Below are positions 1-8,189 of a stretch of 24,896 bases of DNA, one piece after another; the first letter of the stretch is position 1, and each line of letters begins with the position of its first letter. The notes beneath the pieces were generated by a model. The model did not search any database. It was not told where the DNA came from and worked only from the letters and a program-made list of their open reading frames with translations. Position numbers and translations under genes: made by a program. Source of the DNA: a virus (Duplodnaviria; Caudoviricetes); the IMG/VR virus record IMGVR_UViG_3300032237_000370, positions 1-24,896 of that record; one strand, given 5' to 3'.

Positions 1-488
1 GTTATTGTTCCTGAGAATGAAGCGCCCGTACCAGACAGCGAGCCGGTGAGGGTACCACCAGATAGTTGCAAGTATCGAGCATCACCACGGGTTTGGTTGT
101 AGTACTGGGTATGGTCATCGTTAGTCAGGTTTACCAACGTAGAGTGGTTTACATTGGTAAGGCTCGCTCCGTTACCTATCAGTGTGCTAGCTGTTACTGA
201 TCCAGAAACAGTTAGGTTACCGCTTACGGATAACCCCTTTAGTTGCCCCGATTCAGACACGGGCACTAGGAAGATGTTAGAGAATCGTTCGTCTTCAATG
301 GCGACGAGCACCTGGTCTTGGGGTTTGGGCACGTTCCAAACCCCAGTGGTAACAGCAGATCTACCGATGCGGCTAACCGGTAAGGTCACCGTGTCACCAA
401 GGGCTGCTGGGATAACAACGTTGATGTCGCCAGTGGTAGAGCTTGATGATACTACTACCGCTCTGTATAAGGTCATGCCGTCATACAT
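1..488 (-). CDS. Baseplate spike protein (gp5/GpV-like N-terminal OB fold) with fibre-like extension; truncated at window edge
   Basis: Not in the ORF track; translated by hand from ATG 488 (alternative 476), overlapping the hub stop: MYDGMTLYRAVVVSSSSTTGDINVVIPAALG...WNVPKPQDQVLVAIEDERFSNIFLV...DDHTQYYNQTRGDARYLQLSGGTLTG, open to base 1. The 'P...DQVLVAIE' pattern and position after the hub fit gp5/GpV. Confidence 0.7.
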   Translation of the reverse strand, partial: MYDGMTLYRAVVVSSSSTTGDINVVIPAALGDTVTLPVSRIGRSAVTTGVWNVPKPQDQVLVAIEDERFSNIFLVPVSESGQLKGLSVSGNLTVSGSVTASTLIGNGASLTNVNHSTLVNLTNDDHTQYYNQTRGDARYLQLSGGTLTGSLSGTGASFSGTI

Positions 489-1644
489 ACTTGGTTACCT
501 TTGGTGACGAGGACATCCATGTGCCACTTACAAACTTTGGTGGTGGGGGCGTAACCATCTTTTGCACTGACGGAACTTGGAAGTCTTTGGTTAATACAAA
601 GTCTCGGGATATCGAAAGATGCGTGCTGTAGTGGGTGCCACCTACGTTATGGGCTACTGACCTCACGTACCAGATACCATCGAAGTTAGAGTTGTATTCG
701 TCAATTTTAACAATACCGCCAGGTACTATGCCCGCTCCTGCGGTGATGTCAACTTCAGCGTTAAATGGAAACCCACTCTTGTTTTGAACCTCTATGAAGT
801 GCTTTGCTTCCTCAACTGTTTGTGAAGGGGCGTAGATGTTTGATGTGTATTTAGACGCACTGAGCTTCCCTGATATTGATTCCCGTGGAAGGTCTTCGCT
901 CTTTACAGTAGTCATTTTGCCTGTGCTGTCTAGTGCCACAGTTTTATAAGAGGTGGATGCCCCATCTGGTGTTACATAGCCAAATGACCCTTCAAATCTG
1001 AGAATCATTCCAGGTTGGGCGTCCAGTTGCTTTCTCATAGTGGTTAACACTGTGTACGAGGGTAGACGGCCTAACGCTTTGTTTTGGTCCCATATGTGCA
1101 TATTGGTACCGTGCACCGTTACACGGTAACCATAGGTGGTTGCAACGCGGGTTAAGAACTCCCAATCTGATTCGCTTTGTTGAACCAAGCGTGGGTATGC
1201 AAAGGTGTCAGAAGGTGTAGCCAAGCTAAACGAATAGGCATCTGCAAGTGACTGGGCGAGCACGCTTATAGATGTGTTGTTCCACAGTTTAGTTTTTGCG
1301 CCACGCATAACAAGGGATGCGCCAAAGCAAACAATGTTAGTTGTTTGGAACGGGCTGTCATTAACAAGCCCAGAGCTTGTGTCTGATGTTGGTTCTACAT
1401 ACATCACGTATCCACAGAACTCTTGGGTTCGGTATTCACCTGATGAGATACTTACGTATACGGCTGCGTCAATGTAATCGGTAATGGCCCGAGGGTTAAT
1501 ACCGGCCATGGTAATTGAGCACACATCATGCTTGTTTTCATCTAGTTCCAGGGTAAGCGAAACTATAGAAGTGTAGTTCACTTCTACCCCGTTGAACAAT
1601 ATTGAAACTTTAGGAGATAGCGGGTGTGCGCTTTGAGCAATCAT
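481..1644 (-). CDS. Baseplate hub protein (GpD/gp27/VgrG N-terminal-like)
   Basis: 387 aa with 'QQSESDWEFLTRVATTYGY' hub motif and C-terminal 'FDGIWYVRSVAH'; lies between LysM and spike genes. Confidence 0.85.
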   Translation of the reverse strand: MIAQSAHPLSPKVSILFNGVEVNYTSIVSLTLELDENKHDVCSITMAGINPRAITDYIDAAVYVSISSGEYRTQEFCGYVMYVEPTSDTSSGLVNDSPFQTTNIVCFGASLVMRGAKTKLWNNTSISVLAQSLADAYSFSLATPSDTFAYPRLVQQSESDWEFLTRVATTYGYRVTVHGTNMHIWDQNKALGRLPSYTVLTTMRKQLDAQPGMILRFEGSFGYVTPDGASTSYKTVALDSTGKMTTVKSEDLPRESISGKLSASKYTSNIYAPSQTVEEAKHFIEVQNKSGFPFNAEVDITAGAGIVPGGIVKIDEYNSNFDGIWYVRSVAHNVGGTHYSTHLSISRDFVLTKDFQVPSVQKMVTPPPPKFVSGTWMSSSPKVTKYV

Positions 1645-1883
1645 AGTGGAATACGGATTACCGTTCCTGTAGGTATTGCTTCTGGAAATGCAACTTGAGG
1701 GTTGATGTCTGCTATTTCCCAGTACCTTGTGCCGTCATTGAACAGCTTTGCAGCGATGCGCTCAAAGCTGTCACCGTCACGAGTTACATACTGAGAGTAT
1801 GTAACTATAGACTTGCTTTTCCTAGCGGCGTACCTTCCACCACTTGATAGCTCATATCTTGCCGTGCTTGGGTACGTAGTCAT
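1641..1883 (-). CDS. LysM/GpX-like baseplate protein
   Basis: 'YVTRDGDSFERIAAKLFNDGTRYWEIADINP...IPTGTVIRIP'. Start moved to ATG 1883, just after the upstream stop (80 aa). Confidence 0.85.
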   Translation of the reverse strand: MTTYPSTARYELSSGGRYAARKSKSIVTYSQYVTRDGDSFERIAAKLFNDGTRYWEIADINPQVAFPEAIPTGTVIRIPL

Positions 1884-1885
1884 TC

Positions 1886-3724
1886 TCAGAATCTCCCATT
1901 TGGTATGAGTGCAGGAGTGCCCCAATCTAGATATACAGCACCCATAGGTTTATTAATAGCTGACACGTAACCCCATGTAGAGATTTCACTTTGAGTTACG
2001 GTTAAATCACCTTGTGATGCGCTTCCTGATACTTTAAATTGCCAAACATACCATTTATCATTTTTGTAACTACCGTAGTCACTGGCAGAGTTACTCGGTA
2101 CAACAGCTCTTGAAGATTTGTTACTTGCGTTTGTAACCTGATTCCAAAAGAAATTAGAATCATTAGAATTCATAGTTCCAGAGTACGATCCTAATGGATT
2201 TGAATACGCTGATGTTAAACTTTTGTTTTTTGCATCTGCACTTGCTAAAGATTCGCTTGGGTAAGGGCCGTAGATATAAAATGACCAACTTAAGTTTAAA
2301 GACACTGGTGTGTCACCAGTTAATAAAGTCTGAACTGTTGTCTTAGCCTCTTTAGATCCCCAAAATTTAATACCACTTTTAATTTGGGTACGATTTCCCC
2401 TTATACCATTGTTTATTAACGAACTAAAACCTATTTGTATTGTTCTTTCAGGGAGGTTACTAGTATTCAATGTTACCTTTTGTATACTATCGTTGTATAC
2501 TAATACGTAAGCTGGAACATATAAGCCATCATCAGAGGCATCCGTTGATGTGCCCATTTCGGAGAAGCTTTTACCAAACGTCAGTTGTGGTGAAGCCGTA
2601 TGCCAAATATCAATTGCGTAAGGGTTACCGTTTGCGTCATAGCCAAACGGTAGTTGTGCTCCAAGCCTTAGAGCTTTAGATGGGGTGTCGTCTGTATAAC
2701 TCCAACCAAAATAAAGTAACCCTAGGGTTTGCTTTAAATTTTTAACTAGCGATTGTTGCTGGGATTCTTGTTGAGCAGCTATGTTAGCGGCAGCTATAGC
2801 TGACTGTTCTAGTTGGTTAGTCAAGAATGTTTGTTTCTTGGCGAAGCCAATGTACATAGCTTCCATACTGATGGTTACTCGTGCTTGCACGGGCACCATG
2901 TTTGTACTGAACTTTAGAAACTGCACGGTGGTGCCGGTTACAAACCCGTCAACCATGAAAAGCGTTGAAAACAGTACGCGCACAGGAGCAGGGAGAATAA
3001 AAGCGGAGTTACCGTAGTTGGCGCTAACAGCGCTCTGCGCTGCTGCCCCAATGCCAGACCCATTGTTTGCTAGAAGCTGCCCTGCTTTTGAGTTGGCGTC
3101 TGGAAGGTTCGCTGCGGTTTCACGTTTGAATGCCTCAGACAATCTGGCGGTTTGGAAATCTATAAGCTCTTTAGAAAAACCTTGACCGATGATTGCATAC
3201 AATAGTTGTAAGTCGGCGTGTACACCTATTTGTGATACATCCTTTAGGTAATCAACCCCGTTTAGAACGTTTGCATTACTGTTATCATATATCTGACCAT
3301 GCTCACTTACAGGAACTGTAGGGCCACGGGATACCTCAAAGCTTCTATCAAAGATTAGGTCAAAATTAAAGTTTGTTGATTTACCTAAAGGTTGACTAAA
3401 TTGCGCCGGGTCAGAAAGCATTGGCAGCAACACGTCATTAGACATCTGCACGCTTTGCTCAATTGTTTGAGGGTTGAACTGAAACTGACATTTTAATGAA
3501 GTAAACGATGAAGAACCTGTGATGCCTGGTTGTGGCAACCCCCTGATATAGCCTCGCTTTATTGCGTACTTTTGTTTAGCATCACCACGAAGCTCTGCTT
3601 GCGCTTCCATGAAGCGGATTCTTTTATCAGGGAATGCGTAAGGCGCACTATTAGTTTTGTCATACGAAGGTTCACCAATATCGGGTGACGTTAAGTTAAA
3701 GAAAGCGTCATCTCTATATCCCAT
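1886..3724 (-). CDS. Tail tube initiator / CIS-tube-like protein with long C-terminal extension
   Basis: 'FQFNPQTI', 'FDLIFDRS' and 'PVRVLF...GFVTGTTVQFLKFSTNMVPVQARVTISM' fit tube-initiator proteins; directly follows the tape measure gene. Confidence 0.7.
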   Translation of the reverse strand: MGYRDDAFFNLTSPDIGEPSYDKTNSAPYAFPDKRIRFMEAQAELRGDAKQKYAIKRGYIRGLPQPGITGSSSFTSLKCQFQFNPQTIEQSVQMSNDVLLPMLSDPAQFSQPLGKSTNFNFDLIFDRSFEVSRGPTVPVSEHGQIYDNSNANVLNGVDYLKDVSQIGVHADLQLLYAIIGQGFSKELIDFQTARLSEAFKRETAANLPDANSKAGQLLANNGSGIGAAAQSAVSANYGNSAFILPAPVRVLFSTLFMVDGFVTGTTVQFLKFSTNMVPVQARVTISMEAMYIGFAKKQTFLTNQLEQSAIAAANIAAQQESQQQSLVKNLKQTLGLLYFGWSYTDDTPSKALRLGAQLPFGYDANGNPYAIDIWHTASPQLTFGKSFSEMGTSTDASDDGLYVPAYVLVYNDSIQKVTLNTSNLPERTIQIGFSSLINNGIRGNRTQIKSGIKFWGSKEAKTTVQTLLTGDTPVSLNLSWSFYIYGPYPSESLASADAKNKSLTSAYSNPLGSYSGTMNSNDSNFFWNQVTNASNKSSRAVVPSNSASDYGSYKNDKWYVWQFKVSGSASQGDLTVTQSEISTWGYVSAINKPMGAVYLDWGTPALIPNGRF

Positions 3725-6594
3725 CAGGTGCTCCTCAAATCAGTTATCGCTAGTTCTCGTTTAATTACTTTAGCTACTTTACTGGCAAGCGCTTGGATGT
3801 CCGTATCAGTGCCTCTTGTAACGGTTACAGGCACGTTGATATGGAAGGTGTGCCCACTCTGCATAGTGATTGCAGCACCACCACTTGAGTCATTACTGTA
3901 GCTACTAGACGTAGGTGCGCTAGCAGTAGGGATAGGGGGGTCACCCTTATCGTACTTTTTGGCAGCTACCTTGGCGGCGCTTAAGTAGTTATCCGTGCCA
4001 TACAGTTCACTACCGTTAGCGTCCCAACCTTTATCCTTCGACGCCTTCCACGGTGTGTAGCTTCCGTGCCCTGCGTCAAATAGAATCTTTGCTGCTTGGG
4101 CGTTTAGATTAGGATCGAAAAGATCGGTCATCGCTTTGATGCCCATCTTTTGCTGGAGCAGCTTGAAGTTTGAGTAGTTGATTTGTAGTAGACCAAAGTC
4201 ACCGGTTACATTCTGACCCTTGTTATCGGTGCGCAACGCAGTAGGCACCCACCGGGATTCACGCCCTGAAATGGCGATCATCTTTACAAGATCCTCACCT
4301 CTAAAACCGGCCTTTGCAAAGGCAGCAGCAACTTGGTCCACTGGTAGCGCACCCTTTTCTGAGTTGCTGTCTGTGCTTACCGTAACATTAGTGTTACCTA
4401 TTGATGTGGCAGAAGTTGGAGATGCTGGGCTAACACTAGACGTAGACGAAAGAATGGAACTACCACCGCCTCCACCGCCCCCACTCCCCAATGCCTTATC
4501 TGCTAGGGCTTCTGCGATGGTGCGGTGAGTAAGTGAAGTTACAGATCCCCGCGTGCTTGAGCTGGCACTAGACGATTTTCCGCCGTCTTCGCTTACAGCG
4601 TCGGTTGAGAAGTCACTAGGTATACTGGGGGTGGGTGCCCCGCTACTGGGGGTGGGGCCACCATCAGAGGTTCCCCATGCTGCGCCGTTTTTCAAGTACT
4701 CTTCTGCGCCGTCAGGAAGTTCGGCTGGTTGCACGTGCCACGGTTCATTAATGGTGCCACCACTGAACTCTTTTAGGCCAAACTTGCTAGCGTTTTCCTT
4801 CACCCAACTTAGTTCGCTTTTGGGAATTACAAGGTCAGCGGCAAGGCCCAACCCGTGCATGGAGTACCCTGGGGGCATTGCTGCTGGGCCTTTGACATGC
4901 TCCCAGTATGAGCCATCCCACTTGGTTTTTGTTGGCTTATCTGTGCGCCGGTAGCGGTCTAAGAACATTGCCTTCTGTTGTTCTTGTGATCGGAAACCCT
5001 GACCAAACCCGATGCGGGGGTTAGCACGGATAAGGTTGAGCACCCTCTCCTGCATCTTTTGGTTCATGCCTTTAAAAGATGCTGAGTTCTTTACATCGCT
5101 TAGCTTTTTGTCACCACCATCCGTAGGCACAACTAAACTGTCGTCAGACGTTGCAGCACCACTTGGTCCGCTGCTAGCTGGTCCGCTGCTGGATGGCCCT
5201 TCGCTGACTGGAAGGTCGGGGTCACCCAGAGCACCGCCGATAGCAGTACCAGCCATGTACCCGAGTCCACCACCAATAGCTGCCCCTGCCGGTCCAAACA
5301 ACAGCCCGAGTGCCCCGCCGAGTGCTCCACCAATGCCACCACCAATGGTTGAGGAGATGCGGTTGCTTGTTCGTGCTCCGATGATTCCAGAAAGCTTGTC
5401 TTCTAGAGCGCCAAAAACCTTTACTAGTTTCTGAGTCTGTTTCTCCAAGTCAGCGTAGTTGTCAGCTTGTCGTTTGTAGAACTGCTCATCACGCTGCCCA
5501 CGTACACGGTCAGTTTCTTCCGCTTGGGTAGCAAAGTTGTCTTCAATACCCATCAGCTTTCTGTCAGCTTTCTTGGAGGCGTCATACATTCCAACGCCAC
5601 CCTTTTTCTTGAACTGCACGTTTTGCTGGGCGTATTGGATTACCTGATCTTGAAGATCCCCTGATACGCCCATTTCTGTAAGGCGTGCACGAGAAATAGA
5701 ACCTTGTTGAATGGCTGTTTTTGCAAGGCGCTCATCGGTAAGCCCAGATGTGCGTACGATGTTTTGCATAACAGACTGCATTGAGTTCTGTTTGCCACCC
5801 ACACCGACTAGCCCGCCGCCCGCCATCAGGAACATGCGGTTAGCTACGGGGGCGCTACCTAAGTTGGCAAGGACGTTTGCAGCATCCCCGGCACCAAGTG
5901 AGTACCCGCTGTACGTGCGAAGGGCTTCAACGCTTCCTGCTTGTTGGGCGGCGTTAATACCAGTTCGTGCTTGTAGCCCTAACAGAGTGTTTATACCACC
6001 CTCGCCTAACCGGTAGTTTGTTAGGGGTTGACGGTACTGGTTAGCAACTTGGTTTTGTGTCTTACCAGTCATTTGCTGGTACAGCACTGACATACGGTCA
6101 GCGGAGAGAGCGTAGTCTCGGGCGCTGTCTACACGGTTGTCAATGGCCGTCAGGCCAGCCTTCACCGCTGCTGCCGCAGTAGATACGCCAGCGGCTATTC
6201 CCATTGCCTTAGCAGTAGGCACTATCATGCCTTCTACTTCTGTGGTGCCCAGCTTCTTAGCGCTGTCAAACATCTGGCGCATCTTGCTGAAGGTGTTGCT
6301 ACCTCCAGCTTCTGTTTTGTTTAGACGCCCAACTACTTTGGTGTCACCGATACTGCTATCGGTAGCCATGTTGATATTGTTAGGTGCTGTAGAAGCAGAG
6401 CTTAAAGCTTTAGTGGTTTTGTTGGCCTGTTTTTCAACGGCCTTCATTTGCTTTTCTATATCTTTAAGCTTTTTATTGAGGTCACCAAATGCTTGTGAAA
6501 GCTTGTTAATTGGGTTTACGTCAACGTTGAGACCAACACCTATCGTTGATAGGTGTTGTCCTAAGTTTCCCATTAACGATTCTTCACCGGCCAT
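3724..6594 (-). CDS. Tape measure protein with M15-family peptidase and lytic transglycosylase domains
   Basis: 956 aa. Helical N-terminal half, Gly-zipper hydrophobic segment, SMHGLGLAAD (from 4863) plus EPWH (4735-4746) peptidase motifs, RES...GLLQIN...DPNLNA transglycosylase motifs. RBS GGAG upstream. Confidence 0.9.
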   Translation of the reverse strand: MAGEESLMGNLGQHLSTIGVGLNVDVNPINKLSQAFGDLNKKLKDIEKQMKAVEKQANKTTKALSSASTAPNNINMATDSSIGDTKVVGRLNKTEAGGSNTFSKMRQMFDSAKKLGTTEVEGMIVPTAKAMGIAAGVSTAAAAVKAGLTAIDNRVDSARDYALSADRMSVLYQQMTGKTQNQVANQYRQPLTNYRLGEGGINTLLGLQARTGINAAQQAGSVEALRTYSGYSLGAGDAANVLANLGSAPVANRMFLMAGGGLVGVGGKQNSMQSVMQNIVRTSGLTDERLAKTAIQQGSISRARLTEMGVSGDLQDQVIQYAQQNVQFKKKGGVGMYDASKKADRKLMGIEDNFATQAEETDRVRGQRDEQFYKRQADNYADLEKQTQKLVKVFGALEDKLSGIIGARTSNRISSTIGGGIGGALGGALGLLFGPAGAAIGGGLGYMAGTAIGGALGDPDLPVSEGPSSSGPASSGPSGAATSDDSLVVPTDGGDKKLSDVKNSASFKGMNQKMQERVLNLIRANPRIGFGQGFRSQEQQKAMFLDRYRRTDKPTKTKWDGSYWEHVKGPAAMPPGYSMHGLGLAADLVIPKSELSWVKENASKFGLKEFSGGTINEPWHVQPAELPDGAEEYLKNGAAWGTSDGGPTPSSGAPTPSIPSDFSTDAVSEDGGKSSSASSSTRGSVTSLTHRTIAEALADKALGSGGGGGGGSSILSSTSSVSPASPTSATSIGNTNVTVSTDSNSEKGALPVDQVAAAFAKAGFRGEDLVKMIAISGRESRWVPTALRTDNKGQNVTGDFGLLQINYSNFKLLQQKMGIKAMTDLFDPNLNAQAAKILFDAGHGSYTPWKASKDKGWDANGSELYGTDNYLSAAKVAAKKYDKGDPPIPTASAPTSSSYSNDSSGGAAITMQSGHTFHINVPVTVTRGTDTDIQALASKVAKVIKRELAITDLRST

Positions 6595-6606
6595 TCAAGG
6601 TTCTCC

Positions 6607-6750
6607 TTAGGTTTTTCTCCAACGGGCCATATTGGACCAAAACAACCGTTGGCGTACGGCCATCGACCGTATATCAGCTAAGTTAAATCCGTTGTATACC
6701 GATGCGATCAGTTCGTATTCCCAGTAGATATATTTTAGGTTAACCGAATA
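6607..6750 (-). CDS. Small tail-chaperone partner ORF (T-like), probably made as a frameshift extension of the upstream gene
   Basis: YSVNLKYIYWEYELIASVYNGFNLADIRSMAVRQRLFWSNMARWRKT fills the gap before the tape measure gene; no start codon with RBS at the beginning of this segment. Confidence 0.6.
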   Translation of the reverse strand, partial: YSVNLKYIYWEYELIASVYNGFNLADIRSMAVRQRLFWSNMARWRKT

Positions 6751-7531
6751 AAAGGGACATCCATGTGATATTGATCGGCATGTTTGAACCGCAATGCGCA
6801 CATTGGACGTTCACCTCCCCCATCTTGGGGCCTACCTTGATGTCAAGGATGGCCTTGATGAGCTTGTTACGATCTGCGAGGTTAAGACTTTTGGCCCAAA
6901 CTTCAGGTGACTTACCCTTTGTGTCTTCTGCGTTTAGAATGACACACCTTGACAGCATTAGCGTGTTTTGCGTCGCTGTTGAGTTCCCGTGCTTTGCTAC
7001 GTATGAACTATCTGCACCATTTGGTAGACGAAACTTTACTTCTTTACCGTTGCGCAGCTTAGTGGTTATTGGCGACTGTATATCAATGTCAGTAGTTTGG
7101 ATTGGGAAATCCTCATCGACATTGATGATTACGTCGCTTTTCTCTTCGCATGTTGGGCACTTTACGTTGAACTCCCGTTCATAGCCATACGTGCACCGCA
7201 CGATAGCCATGAACAGAATGTCTCGGTCCCCCAAGATAAGTTGGTCAATAGCATCTGGGGCTTCTTGTACGTCAATAGAACCTACGCTTAGTACGGCTCG
7301 CCGCAGGAGTGCCGTCATGTACTCGGCGTACGTGGTTGATGCTTTTGATTCAAGTCCAGCTAGGTACTCCTCATCAGCACCAGTTAGTTCTCGTACTTCA
7401 GCGTTTGTTTGCCAAACCCCTGACACTGGGTCAAGAAGGCCACGCTGTAGAGCCACCATACCTGAAATTGGGTTATCAACTTCAGGGGCGGCGTCTTTAA
7501 GAAGGCTGTCCAAATTTTGCTGTTCACTCAT
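6740..7531 (-). CDS. Tail/baseplate assembly chaperone (T4 gp26/gp51-like, two CxxC motifs)
   Basis: 'VRELTGADEE', 'LILGDRDILFMAIVRCTYG', CPTC and CAHC, apparent internal duplication; between tube and tape measure; RBS GAGGAG. Confidence 0.75.
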   Translation of the reverse strand: MSEQQNLDSLLKDAAPEVDNPISGMVALQRGLLDPVSGVWQTNAEVRELTGADEEYLAGLESKASTTYAEYMTALLRRAVLSVGSIDVQEAPDAIDQLILGDRDILFMAIVRCTYGYEREFNVKCPTCEEKSDVIINVDEDFPIQTTDIDIQSPITTKLRNGKEVKFRLPNGADSSYVAKHGNSTATQNTLMLSRCVILNAEDTKGKSPEVWAKSLNLADRNKLIKAILDIKVGPKMGEVNVQCAHCGSNMPINITWMSLLFG

Positions 7532-7567
7532 AGTTTCTCCTCATATATGCAACGATTAGTTTAAATA

Positions 7568-8179
7568 TTATGACTGGCCTAGAAGTGCGGTGTATTCGGT
7601 GTTGCTCCAGGCGATTGCAAAACCTTCGTGATGCACAGTCAATTGTTGGATCATAATACCACTGTCACCTGCGCTAAGGTCACTCAGGCTGTATGACCCT
7701 GGCCAGCAGTTAAACAACTTGAACCCCCACTTGACATCACCAATGACACCATTGTCCGTTGTTAGCGGATCTTGAGTGTAAGAACCGGATGAAACAGGGT
7801 GGTCGTATACAGCTACCATTATGTCTGCACGATAATCGTTAGCACCGCTGGCGCTACCAGTAGTGCCAGTGGCTGACGATGATTGGGTCCATGCGTGGAG
7901 GAATGTCTGCCACTTGTACAAGTCGGCTTGCTCGGAGAACACACCACGAGAGAAGTTCACAGGGGCAAAGTCTGACTGCCCTAGAATCTTATGTGGGTGG
8001 GTGTTCATGCCACCTTCTCGGTAACCAGCCATTTCGTTGGTGACACTTAAACCTGATACTACCGCAAACCCAAGGTTTGTAATTTTAGAAGCCTGAGAGT
8101 TTAAAGCAGTGCCCCCTGGAGTTATAGTTACTCGGAACTTAAAGTTACGAATAGGATCTGATTTTGCTGAACGGGCCAT
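7568..8179 (-). CDS. Tail tube protein (T4 gp19-like)
   Basis: 'DPIRNFKFRV', 'GFAVVSGL', 'YREGG', 'RGV', 'NCWP', 'QQLTVHHEG'. Start moved to ATG 8179 after AAGGAG (203 aa). Confidence 0.93.
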   Translation of the reverse strand: MARSAKSDPIRNFKFRVTITPGGTALNSQASKITNLGFAVVSGLSVTNEMAGYREGGMNTHPHKILGQSDFAPVNFSRGVFSEQADLYKWQTFLHAWTQSSSATGTTGSASGANDYRADIMVAVYDHPVSSGSYTQDPLTTDNGVIGDVKWGFKLFNCWPGSYSLSDLSAGDSGIMIQQLTVHHEGFAIAWSNTEYTALLGQS

Positions 8180-8189
8180 TCTATTCTCC

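Noticed and set aside
5160-5200. 15-nt tandem repeat (ggtccgctgct) and similar repeats at 4620-4660
   Set aside because: They encode G/P/S linkers; no spacer structure, so not CRISPR.
4220-6610. Run of 100-157 aa plus-strand ORFs opposite the tape measure gene (similar ORFs elsewhere)
   Set aside because: Antisense shadows of the minus-strand gene, with no recognisable motifs.
6750-6756. CCCTTTT as a classical -1 slippery heptamer
   Set aside because: Wrong phase, and the downstream ORF is +1 relative to the chaperone.
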